Source: the human T2T-CHM13v2.0 reference genome, Homo sapiens
Assembly (NCBI RefSeq): GCF_009914755.1
Contig: NC_060926.1
Length of the DNA stretch: 64,000 nucleotides
Direction: 5' to 3' (one strand)
Shown: one piece after another, positions 46,310-59,303 of the stretch
How the letters are laid out: each line of letters begins with the position of its first letter
Position numbering within the stretch: the first letter of the stretch is position 1
The notes under the pieces: generated by a model
What the model saw: only the letters and a program-made list of their open reading frames with translations
Databases searched by the model: none
Told to the model about the DNA's origin: nothing
Position numbers and translations under genes: made by a program

Positions 46310-46450
46310 TTTTTTTTTTTTTTTTTAATTTTTGTAGAGACAGGCATCTCACCATGTTTCCCAGACTGGCCTCGAACTCCTGGGCTCAAGCAATCCACCC
46401 ACCTCAGCCTCCCGAAGTGCTGGGGTTATAAGTGTGAGCCACTGTGCCCT
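46310..46450 (-). mobile_element. FLAM / Alu left monomer
   Basis: ctcctgggctcaagcaatccacccacctcagcc with T tail. Confidence 0.8.
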
Positions 46451-48929
46451 GTGAAATTGGCTCCTTTTTATGTGAGGTGCAAACCTCTGCATCCCACTGG
46501 CCTGGTCTGAGCACCTCAGAAGTCCTGGGTGCTGCTGAAGTTGCCAATATTTGAAATTATATTGTTTTCAAATCTTCAAAGTAAGTTGAGAACTCAAAGC
46601 CAAGTTTCTGAAACCCAGCTGCTGATTGAATCACCAGGGTGCTTGTTAATACTACATGTTTTCCAAGCCCTTCTTCCCTGGGACATCTGGTTTGGGGCCT
46701 AGGCTCTCTCTTTTCAACAAACATTTCACATGAATCTGGTGATTATCAAGATTTAGAGAAATCTGTTGTAATTCAGTTGTTTTCATCTTTTGAATCCAAG
46801 TATTTATTTCATGATGAATTTGAAATCCAGGCAGTAGGCTTAAACTAAACAATGTGTTCGCCTGTAAGATCCCCCATAAGGCATTTGGAAGAGATCTTTT
46901 CAGGGAGAGGGTGGGAGGATGCCGGGGGGTCTTTTGCATTTGAGTTTGAAGGGAGCTAACCCATCAGTGTTTTTGAGAAAGCTCACCTTGTCCCTGTTAC
47001 CTGGAGTCCAAGGCTTCTGCCACTAAGCCCGGCCAAGCATTCGGGTGGGACAGCCGCCACCAAGCCAGGTGTCTGGGGTCTCAGTGTCCTGGATGACTCC
47101 ATCTGCAAGACCAAGGCGAGTTTCTCCAGGGCCACGAGGCAGCGCCTGGCTCCGGCAGCTGGGCACGTCCAGGGCAGAGGCTGTGCTTCTGGATTGGGGC
47201 GTCCTCACCATGCCCCAGCCCAGGCGTCTCCCCCAGGCCTTCCTTCTGGAGAGACACCTTATTCGTGCCTGTCTCTTAAAGCCTCAAGTTTGATTGAAGA
47301 AGCAGAAGTTGGCATAGACACCTTTGAGCATTCAAGCTCTCGCCGGGCCTGCTGCAGGCATTTCAAGGCATCTTAGCCCATCGTTTAATTTAGGACAGAG
47401 GCCACGGAGAGGCACCGCTGGAGCAGTACACCGCACACCACAGGGTGGCTGCACTTTTTGGGTGGTGGGGTGGGGATGGGGGCAGGTATGATCAATCATC
47501 CAAACCAGGGCATTTTTAAGAGTAAAAGGAGGCTCTACTGATAACATGCTGCAACAACAGATGTGACTAGGAACGGCCGGTGACATGGGGAGGGCCTATC
47601 ACCCTATTCTTGGGGGCTGCTTCTTCACAGTGATCATGAAGCCTAGCAGCAAATCCCACCTCCCCACACGCACACGGCCAGCCTGGAGCCCACAGAAGGG
47701 TCCTCCTGCAGCCAGTGGAGCTTGGTCCAGCCTCCAGTCCACCCCTAACAGGCTTAAGGATAGAAACGACACATAACACCGGGAAAAGCCATGCTGTCAA
47801 GCATCTCAGAATCTCAACCCCAGAGGCAGTCTTTAGGGACTGGGGTGGGCTCAGGAAGCTGTATTATTTCAAAGGACGCAGTGTTTCCACAGCTCAGCCC
47901 AGAGCTGCTGGAGTTCACACGGCCCACCAGAACCTGCTGACTTCAAAATCATCACCACCAAGGGGCCAGGAGGTGGCGCTGTGGGGCAACAGAAAACAGA
48001 AAACAGCTGCTCCTTGAACTTGGATTCCCAGCAGCTCCCCCAAGCGCCCACAGGGGCTGCATTCCTCCCTGCTGGACACCTGTAACTACAACATTAAAAC
48101 AGGGCGCAAGCAAGGAACACAAACACTGGGAAAGCTGTGCCTTTAAAAAAAAAAAAAAAAAGGAGGGTAAAAAAGCTTAAGGTTAATGTTTTGAAACCTG
48201 ACCCAGCCAGGGCCTAATGCAGACCTTGTCCAGCTAGTAAGTGGGCCTCTGGGGGTCTTCATTGAGTGAACCTTCAGAGTGCTGGTGTTTCACCAAGGCC
48301 TTCCATAGAGGACGCGGCAGGCTCTGCAGGAAGCAGCTTCGATGGCCGATGGCCAAGAAAGGAAGGGAAAACCCCTGGACTGGTCGCTGGGCACCCAGTC
48401 CCCCTACCCCCGTGCCTTCCCTTCCAGTGCCTTTCCCTCTTTCCCTCGGTGGTAGCTTTGCCTGACAGTGCAGACCTCGCCTGACGTCAACACTAGGTTC
48501 TTTATGCTCATGTGGTTTTATTTTTGTTTTCTCCTATCAAGAGTGGTCAGAAAATCTCTGTTCCATGTCAGGAACAAGGAAAATCTTTTGGAATTTTTTT
48601 GGTTTTTTTCTTTTTTTTAGCATGACTTGATCAGATAGGTAGGATAATGTTGCCCCCTTGGCCCAAGTGCAGAGTGACAAAAGGGACCAACACTAAAAGG
48701 ATCCCTGAGATCCTGGGATACTTCCTCTTCATGTTCATTGTGGGGGCCGGGGACATCACCCTGACAGGTGGGTCCCCAGGCCCCAGAAAGCTCATTTCCG
48801 CATCCCTGGGTGCAGGGGGAGTTCACGGGGTCTCTGCCTGTTGGTTTGGGATGCGTCTCCTCAAGGCACTCACTGTCCAGAGAGAACAAAAATAAAACCA
48901 GGTCTGCTCTCTGGCTCTGTCATCTGGGC

Positions 48930-49702
48930 ACGTTCGGAGCCAAAAGCCTTGACCTTCTGAAAGTTCACTGAAAAATCATCTCGTAAAAGGCAGATTCATT
49001 GGACAAAAGATTTAGAAATGTGTTTACCGTGTATACATGGGAGCCTTCAGAATACAGACCCACAGATGCAGGGAAATTGTCCATTTTTATGCTTAGGTTC
49101 AAGAAAGGGTGGACTGCGTGTGGAAAGAAGATTATATAACAAGGCCGGACCTGCTGCTAATAGGCTGAGTGGGGAACCTAGCAAGGTCTGTCTGCCTGGA
49201 TTCTTCTTGGCCTTTCCTCCTCCGAGAATGGGGCGGGATGCTCTCTGGAGTGAGGGTCTTATGACCTAAAGTCAAACAAGGAAGGTCAGATAATTTCTTT
49301 TTTTATTTTTAATGTTTTTTTTTAGAGATGGGTTCTCACTATGTTGCCCAGGCTGGTTTTGAACTCCTGGGCTCAAGCAGTCCTCCCACTTGGGCCTCTC
49401 AAAGTGCTGGGATTACAAGCATAAACCGTGCATGCCCAGCCAGATAATTTCTTTATGGCTAGTTTTTACACAGAAAAGTAGAGGGAAAGAGTGATATTTG
49501 TATGTTTTATGGCTGGCTTTGGGAGAAAGGGATACTGGTTTCTATGTCCTGCCTTGGGGAAGAGGGATTCTAGTTTCTGTGGCTGGCCTTGGGGAAGAAT
49601 GGGCCTGAGAGACAAGAGGGCAGGAGAAGGTCAGAGAGAAACTTTGCTTCTGAGGCTGCTGCTGAGGCCCTCATTTGGGGCATTGTTTTCTGAGCCCCAG
49701 CA
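48930..49702 (-). mobile_element. ERV1-type LTR interrupted by FLAM (~49301-49440)
   Basis: LTR-like composition; FLAM flanked by TSD cagataatttcttt. Confidence 0.6.
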
Positions 49703-51794
49703 GCATTGCCAGCCAGGCAGGCATCCGCTGAGTGTGTAAAAATAGACCTGTCAGAGCTCAGACACGGGCACCTGCAGGCCCCTTTAAAACCCTTGACAGC
49801 TTTTATCTTTAAGAGAAAGATTTAAGTAAAAAATGTACCATGCTGCCTCCCCCATCTTTCCTTCCACTGGGGAAACTGAGGCCCTCTGAGCCCAGGCAGG
49901 CAGCCGGTCCCCTTGACTCACCCCAGCATCTTCCCAGACATTCCTAAACAGGCAGCAAAGCAGTGAATGGCAGTGGCAGCTTCAGGCAGGACAGGCAGTA
50001 ACAGCGTGTGCTTGTCACCTGATCTCAGCTGTTTGTTATAAAGTCCGTCGTTCAGATTTCCAGTTTTGCCAACTGGTTGACTATTTCTATCTCTGTATTA
50101 TAAATGGAAAACTGTACAATGAGACTTAATTTTCCAACCCATGTAAAAGATCACTGCTGGCTCAGGACAGAGCCTGAGAACCCAGAGCTTCCCAAGGCCC
50201 AGTCGATGGTAGAATTGTAAGCTGGTGTGGACATCACGGAGGAGGGTGTACGGCACTCGGGGGCGGATGAAAGGAGGTGCACAGTGAGGTCTCCATCTCG
50301 CAGGAGGCTTTGGAAGATGCGTCGGTGATTGATTGAGTACATCCGCCGAATGCTCGCCAGGTGCCGGGTCCTGGGCTGTCCTGAGGGTAGTGCTGTGGAA
50401 GAGCCAGGCCCTGCTGTCCCCACTTGGGGACAGTCAGCACAGCCAGTCCAGTGAATAGGGACACTTGTGCCTCTGGGAGTGAAAACCACAAGGGAGGAGT
50501 TTCCTGCAGAGGGGCCCCAGGCCCGAGAGATGAGGATAGGATCCCCACGGGGATCACAGGTGGGCCAGTCAGGGAAATGTCTAAAACAGAAACCACGCGG
50601 TCGTTTCACATAAGGAACTGGTTGAAATGCTGTTAACTGAGAATGGGAAAAGGAGATACTGAGGTATCAGAGGTCATAACTGCAGGAGTGCCTGCATCCC
50701 CCACAACTACCAGGGGTGCAAGCAAAGGGCAGAGGCTGGGATTAATAGAAACAGGCAGCTCCAAGGAGGCCACCCAGGGGTGGGACCCAGCCCTCCAAGG
50801 CAGGGGTGCTGCCCACTGGTGCCCATGTCTCAGGGGCCGTGATGAAGCTGGACCAGCTGTCAGGGTCAAGGGCTTGGTGCTGGAAGCCACAGGAAGGGGA
50901 ACATTCCTTCTCCTTCCTTTTCCCACTCTCACTCACTGCGAGCCGAGCCCTCACAGAGGAGCAGGCAAGGCAGAGGTGTGGTGTGCAGGGCCAGCTCCCA
51001 CATCACAGAGCAGAGAGTGAAGGTGGCTCTGAGGCCACCCTGGGCCCTGCACCCGCAGTCCTGCTTCCCTTTGCAGTTGACAATGCACACTCCAATGCAC
51101 CAATGCCTGCTTGTTCACACCTGTGACCCGTGAGGCACAGAGAGCAAGGGGCAGGTCCCAGGGCAAGGGTGTCCAGGGGCAGCAAGGCCTGGCTGGGCCC
51201 AGAGGATCTGACCTCCACAGTGCCAGCTGTGCCCTCAGCCCCTGGAGTAGAAAGGTGGATGGTCCACGGGGCCTGCTGGCTCTAAACCCTGGGGTCCCTT
51301 TCCTAAATCACTTGCCACAGCCACAGCACCGGCCAAGCCAAGGTCAGTAGGAGAAAGGAGGGAGAGACGGTGGGGCTGTGCTAGGGAGGCCAGGCCCAGG
51401 AGGTCAGTGTGAGGAAGGAGCCCTGGGGGGCAGAGAAAGGAGAGGGGGCATGAGGGCTGGGCCTCACCTCCCTTCCTGTAGTGATGAGGTCAGGCCTGCT
51501 GACCAGCAAATGCTATGAGCCTGCAGGTGAAACCATGTGTTTGGGAGAACATGACTTAGCTCTAGGCCTCATTCACACTCCACAGCTCCAGGGTCTTCCT
51601 ACTGCCCAATAAGTACAATCCTGCAGACATGGTCAGACCTGTTGGTAACATTGATTGGTAACATTGGCAACTGATTGGTAATGTTGATGCAGATTACCGG
51701 TTTTTATACTGTAATTCAGACCAGCTCTAAGTGATGTTTGGATAGGTATACGAAAGGCCAGCAGAGAGCCTTCGCTGGATGTTTCTCAGTGAGT

Positions 51795-53794
<2,000 letters not shown>

Positions 53795-54947
53795 TAGTTT
53801 CTACTGCATGAGCACCAAGAATCTGCTGCCCTTTCCCAGGCCTCAGTAGTCTCTGAGATCATTGGGCACCAGGCAGGAGCAGTGCTTCCACCATCAGAAA
53901 CCTCAAAAGCAATCTGTGTGATGGGCAAAGCCTACTGAGTGTGTGGCCAGAGTCTGGGGGCACACGGGTGTAGTGAGTGCAGGGGACTGCTGTAGGACAG
54001 GCAGGGGTCCTGGAGGGCTCTCGAGGGTCCTGAGAGCAGCTGCCTTTGCAACTTTCAGAGAAGTGGACCCCTCAGGCTCTCCTCTAAGACCTTTTCTCCT
54101 TCTGGGTTTTGTTTTGTTTTGTTTGTTTTTTTTTGCCAACCATGAGCCTTGTGTTTCTGTTTTCACGTATTGTTTAACTTATTTTGGGTGGGCGAGACAA
54201 ACGAGGTAACACCTGGGTTTTGGGGTGGGAAGCAAGAAGGGGAAGCAGCTGGAAGAAGGGGCTGGGTAGGTGAGCAGGGGTTCAGACTTAGATGCTTGGA
54301 GAGAAATGGGCCAGTGACATTCAACATGAACCAACTCTTTGCGGCTGCTGTGAGGGGAACGTCATCATCTTTCGTTTGAGAACATTTGATTCATGCTATT
54401 TATGAAGTTCCCAGAATGCTCTGCAGTGCCTGGAGTATTCCCTACATGATAGAGCAGTTTAAAGGATCAAAAGAATTATAATGAAATAGGGGTTTAGAAC
54501 TAAATGCAGGCTCTTACATCTAAAGAACAAGGAACTATCAGGAGCTTGCCCACCTCTGTCTCACTCAGCCATCGTGCCCCGGCTATCCGAAGCCCCAGGG
54601 ACCCGCCCCTCTCCCAGCCCTGGAACAGCTTGCCTGCCCCCTAGGCGGGGTCCCTGGGGCAAGTGCAGGGGTTCAGCTCAGTGTTCCTTCAGCTCAGCCA
54701 AGTTTCTGGAGATGCAGATCCTGTATCCTGGGTGGGATGGGCACCGTGAGCACCAACCAGTCCCCCAACCAGCTCCCCCTCTGGGCTTGGTCAGGTTTGT
54801 TCCTAGTGGAGGGGGTGGATGTGCTGGGAGAGGAGCCTGCCCCGCCCCTCTGGGGGCTGAGTGTGGGGTTGGGGAGGTGCAGGGTATTTGGTCCTCTCCC
54901 TCAAGCTAGCCCTGACTTGAGTCTTGCCCTGTCTTGTGCCTGCTAAG

Positions 54948-55067
54948 AAAAAGCGCCTCCTCTCCGTCCACGACTTCGACTTCGAGGGAGACTCAGATGA
55001 CTCCACTCAGCCTCAAGGTCACTCCCTGCACCTGTCCTCAGTCCCTGAGGCCAGGGACAGCCCACAG
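54948..55067 (+). CDS. MLPH: MLPH exon 6; most of the myosin-Va globular-tail-binding motif
   Basis: gctaag|AAA ... CAG|gtcagt; 120 nt, phase 0-0; [40 protein letters not shown]. Confidence 0.95.
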
Positions 55068-55637
55068 GTCAGTGGGTCCTCGTGTCTTTCCCCTGCCCCT
55101 CCCAGGAACCTGAGTGGCAGGTGCTCAGGCCCCAGGTGAGGGACAGCACTCTGGAAGCAGTGTCTGATGGCCACACAGTCCCACCTGGCTCCCAAGGCAT
55201 GACAGGGAAGGGGACCGATGTGGGAAGACAGGATCCAGAGACCTCACACTCCCCCAGGATTAGCATGTCTGGAGATATGAGCAGGCAGCTTGGAGAAGCA
55301 GGGGGCGATGCAGGGCCCTGAGACTGGACAGATGAGTTGGGGCCCAGGGATCGGTGCTTGGGACAGAAATAAGGCAGAACCCCCGAGACTCAGGAGGGCG
55401 GGACAGAGAAGGGCATCTGAGGTGGAGTCAGGCAGGGCCTGCTGTGATGCCTACATCTCCGTCTTACTGGGAGGGGAACATACACTTTATTGCCCAAACT
55501 AGGACAGTCCTGTGATGCTGGCAGCTATTAATGATCACACCTAGACACAGGGCATGCGCAGGGGCCATCCAGGTGAACAGGACATGTGGCCGCCTTACTC
55601 ATTAGCTGTGTGGCCTTTGTCCCTGGAACCTCTTCAA

Positions 55638-55716
55638 GGGCTGATTAGTGGTAGTTGCTGGTTGATTATTATTTGTTAGTATTTATGTTGCAATTGAAAT
55701 TACTCAAGATAATAGA
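55638..55716 (+). pseudogene. MT-ND6 3' end remnant
   Basis: Abuts the ND5 stop tail-to-tail as in mtDNA; ends ...AAT AGA. Confidence 0.75.
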
Positions 55717-58417
55717 TTAGATAATTAGGAGTAGGATTAGAAGGGATGGGATAAAAAAAGAGAGAAAGTAGAGTTTAATCAGGCCTTTCTGAGTAGATAC
55801 GGTAATGGAGGCTGAAATTTGGGTTTGCATAAAGGTCTTTGGTATAGACTTTTCTAGTTAAATTAGGTTTGGAAGTGAAGCCAGATTTTGGCTTGTGAAT
55901 AGCCTTGAGTTGGGGGTTGTATGGTGAATTGTGGCTGAATAAAATCCTAGTATGTTGGAGAAGTTAAATATCTGTAATGGGTATTTTAGTTTAAGGTTAT
56001 TAGTTATGAGATTAAGCTCCATTGCTAGCAAGAAGCCTAAGGTGTTTACACCTAGGGCTGCGAGCTTCAGGTGGAGTGGTATGGTTGTTTGGGGGAATGA
56101 AGCAGGAATAATACTGTTGGTGATGAGGAATCCAGCAAAGATGCTGCCGATTGTTAGATGCTTAATTGAGTTAATTAGGAAGGGGTTATTTTTGTTAATA
56201 GTAACCAGAGTCGTGTAGCGAGGTTGTCCTATTAGAGCGAAGAAAACAATATGGGTACTATAGACAGCTGTTAAGGAGGTGGCAATAAGAGTAATAGAAA
56301 GGGCTCAGGCATTGCTGTATGATGGGCTTGCGGTATCCATGATGAGGTCTTTGGAGTAAAAGCCTGTGAGGAAAGGCATGCCTGTAAGTGCAAGGCTGCT
56401 GATAACAAGGGAGGAGGAGGTGAGGGGTAGAGTCTTGAATAGCCCTCCTATTTTTCAGGTGTCTTGTTCATCCATCATTGATGTTATGGATGATGGACCC
56501 TGAACCTATAAATAATATAGCTTTAAAAAGGCGTGGGTGCAGATGTGAAGGAATGCTAGGTGTGGCTGATTAATGCCAATTGTGACTATTATAAGGCCCA
56601 GCTGACTTGAGTTGGAGAATGCGATGTTTTTTGATATCATTTTGTGTTAGAGCATAGATTGCTGTGAGTATGGTAGTAACAGCCGCCAGACAGAATGTAA
56701 AGGTTTGGATTGATAGATTCTTTTCTATTGAAGGGTAGAAGCAGATGAGCAGGAAAACTCCAGCTACAACTATAGTGCTGGAGTGGAGCAGGGCTGGGAC
56801 TGGGGTTGGGCCTTCAAACACCTGCTATGACTATAGTGCTGGAGCGGAGCAGGGCTGAGACTGGGGTTGGGCCTTCAAACACCTGCTACAACTATAGTGC
56901 TGGAGTGGAGCAGGGCTGAGACTGGGCTTGGACCTTCAAACACCTGCTACAACTATAGTGCTGGAGCGGAGCAGGGCTGAGACTGGGGTTGGGCCTTCAA
57001 ACACCTGCTACAACTATAGTGCTGGAGTGGAGCTGGGCTGAGACTGGGGTTGGACCTTCAAACACCTGCTACAACTATAGTGCTGGAGCGGAGCAGGGCT
57101 GAGACTGGGGTTGGGCCTTCAAACACCTGCTACAACTATAGTGCTGGAGCGGAGCAGGGCTGAGACTGGGGTTGGGCCTTCAAACACCTGCTACAACTAT
57201 AGTGCTGGAGCGGAGCAGGGCTGAGACTGGGGTTGGGCCTTCAAACACCTGCTACAACTATAGTGCTGGAGTGGAGCTGGGCTGAGACTGGGGTTGGACC
57301 TTCAAACACCTGCTACAACTATAGTGCTGGAGCGGAGCAGGGCTGAGACTGGGGTTGGGCCTTCAAACACCTGTTACAACTATAGTGCTGGAGTGGAGCA
57401 GGGCTGAGACTGGGCTTGGACCTTCAAACACCTGCTACAACTATAGTGCTGGAGCGGAGCAGGGCTGAGACTGGGGTTGGGCCTTCAAACACCTGCTACA
57501 ACTATAGTGCTGGAGTGGAGCTGGGCTGAGACTGGGGTTGGGCCTTCAAACACCTGCTACAACTATAGTGCTGGAGCGGAGCAGGGCTGAGACTGGGCTT
57601 GGACCTTGAAACACCTGCTACAACTATAGTGCTGGAGTGGAGTAGAACTGAAACTGGGGTTGGGCCTTCAAACACCTGCTGCAACTATAGTGCTGGAGCG
57701 GAGCAGGGCTGAGACTGGGGTTGGGCCTTGTATGGTGGATGGGAGTCAGGGATGGAGGCCGAATTGAGCTGACTTTCCTGCTGCTGCTAAGAGAAAGCTA
57801 ATTAATGGAAGGGGTTGGGGGTGGGGTCTGGAATAAATATGTGTTGACATTCTCAGTGTTGGAGGACAGGAGGAACCATGCTATAGCTAAAATAAAGCCA
57901 ATATCACCGATGCGGTTGTACTGGACTGCTTGAGGGCTGCTGTATTAGCATCTGCTCGGCTGTACCATCAGCCGATTAGTAAGAAAGACATGAGTCCTAC
58001 ACCTTCTCATCCAATAAAGAGCTGAAAGAGGCGGTAACCAGAATTAATATTGTGATGAGGAAAATAAGTATTTGAAAAGTTGATTAATGTTTGGGTCTGA
58101 GTTTATATATCATATTGAGAATTCTACAATAGATCGGATAATGAATAGTGCTGCTGGGATAAATATTGTGGAGAAGTGGTCTAGTGTGAAGCTTAGTGAG
58201 GGTTTGAGAGTCTGGATTGTCAGTGTGAGATAATGGCTTCTTGGTCTGTGTATATAAACATCGTTGTAGGGATGACTGTAATGATGAAGGCACATGCGAT
58301 AGATGTTTTTATGTAATTTGGGTATGAACCTTTTTTGCAGGGGTTGGCTAAGGTAACAGTAATTGGTAAGATTAAGGGGATTAGGGCTGTTATAGCAGCG
58401 GAATAATTCATGTTTGC
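55717..58417 (-). pseudogene. MT-ND5 pseudogene, interrupted by an internal minisatellite
   Basis: Motifs GLHPWLPS and [21 protein letters not shown] (mito code); TAA at 55719-55717; start codon decayed to GCA; frameshifts such as a 4-nt GATG duplication near 56470. Confidence 0.93.
56760..57729. repeat. 61-bp minisatellite, ~15.9 copies, derived from ND5 coding sequence
   Basis: Unit cctgctacaactatagtgctggagYggagcagggctgagactggggttgggccttcaaaca starts at 56760, 56821, 56882 ... 57675 with an exact 61-bp period. Confidence 0.98.
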
Positions 58418-58487
58418 TATTTTTATTTGGAGTTGCACCAATGTTTTTAGTTCCCAAGACCAACGGTAACTCTAATCCTTTAAAAGC
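58418..58487 (-). pseudogene. mt-tRNA-Leu(CUN) pseudogene; anticodon TAG changed to TGG
   Basis: GCTTTTAAAGGA...TTGGT CTTGGGA ACTAA...TGGTGCAACTCCAAATAAAAATA immediately upstream of ND5. Confidence 0.88.
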
Positions 58488-58546
58488 TGAGAAAGCCATG
58501 TTGTTAGACACAGGGGCATGAGTTAGCAGCTCTTGCATACTTTCTC
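58488..58546 (-). pseudogene. mt-tRNA-Ser(AGY) pseudogene (D-armless, GCT anticodon)
   Basis: GAGAAAG...CTGCTAACTCATGCCCCTGTGTCTAACAACATGGCTTTCTCA, 59 nt. Confidence 0.9.
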
Positions 58547-58615
58547 CATAGATAAGAAGTTGCAGGCTTCTATTGTTAGGTCCACAATCTAATGTTTTGG
58601 TTAAACTATAGCTAC
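58547..58615 (-). pseudogene. mt-tRNA-His pseudogene (GTG anticodon)
   Basis: GTAGCTATAGTTTAACCAAAACATTAGATTGTGGACCTAAC..., 69 nt. Confidence 0.9.
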
Positions 58616-58967
58616 AGCATGCAAACCCCATAATTTAGGGTTTAAGGATAACAGGAAGATGGGCGCAAGATGTATAAGTATTAACGTATTTTCTCGTGTA
58701 AAGAAGGTTTAATACTGTTAATATACAAGTGTCCCTCGTTGTGTTGTGATTAGCATATATAGGGAGTAAAGGGCTGTAATTAGTATATTAAGTCCTATAA
58801 GCATAACAGTGATAGTTGATCAGGAGAACGAGGCCATAGTCACAAAGAGTTCTCCTACTAGATTACTGATAGCGGGTAAAGCAAGATTAGTAAGATTTGC
58901 TAGAAGTCATCAAGAGGCTATTTACTGGGAGCAGTGTTTGAAGGCCTCGGGTAAGTAATATGGTTCG
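58616..58967 (-). pseudogene. MT-ND4 3' fragment (about codon 340 to end)
   Basis: RTMLLTRGLQTLLP...WWLLA homologous to the ND4 C-terminal third; followed by tRNA-His. Confidence 0.88.
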
Positions 58968-59270
58968 GCCTAGGGTTAAAATAGTTACTAATACAAGGCC
59001 TGTGCTGATTATTAGTGTCAGGTGGGTTGTTTGAAGGGCTCATGGCAGGAGTAGTAGTAGAGTGATCTCTAAGTCGAACAGGAGGAACGTGATGGCTACT
59101 AGGTAGAATTTTATGGAAAAGGAGAGGCAGGCTGAGGCTATTGGGTCAAATCCTCATTGACAGGGGCTGGATTTTTCTATATAAATATTAAGTTGCGGGA
59201 GCCGAAATGCGATTATTAGTAGTAATAGGGCTAGTAAGGTGTCGGTTACTAGGGCCAGTGTCAAGTTGAT
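58968..59270 (-). pseudogene. MT-ND3 fragment, codons 1-101
   Basis: ATC start; [36 protein letters not shown] in mito code; 303 nt. Confidence 0.9.
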
Positions 59271-59303
59271 TATTTCCGCCCTACAGGATCATTTCAAGGA
59301 TGC

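Larger units (their letters stand above)
55638..59274 (-). pseudogene. NUMT (old nuclear copy of mtDNA) in MLPH intron 6: ND3 5' part, ND4 3' end, tRNA-His/Ser/Leu, ND5, ND6 3' end
   Basis: Mitochondrial gene order and recognisable ND3/ND4/ND5 translations on the - strand; clearly diverged from human mtDNA and disabled by indels. Confidence 0.96.

Noticed and set aside
56760-57729. CRISPR-like regularly spaced repeat array
   Set aside because: Units are head-to-tail with no unique spacers, derive from ND5, and lie in a human intron with no cas genes.
58418-58615. Functional tRNA genes
   Set aside because: Mitochondrial-type tRNAs inside a decayed NUMT, with stem mismatches and an altered Leu anticodon; listed as pseudogenes.
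55630-59300. Target-site duplication (ttcaagg) flanking the NUMT
   Set aside because: The right copy is ~20 bp from the NUMT end and only 7 nt long; NUMTs usually lack TSDs.
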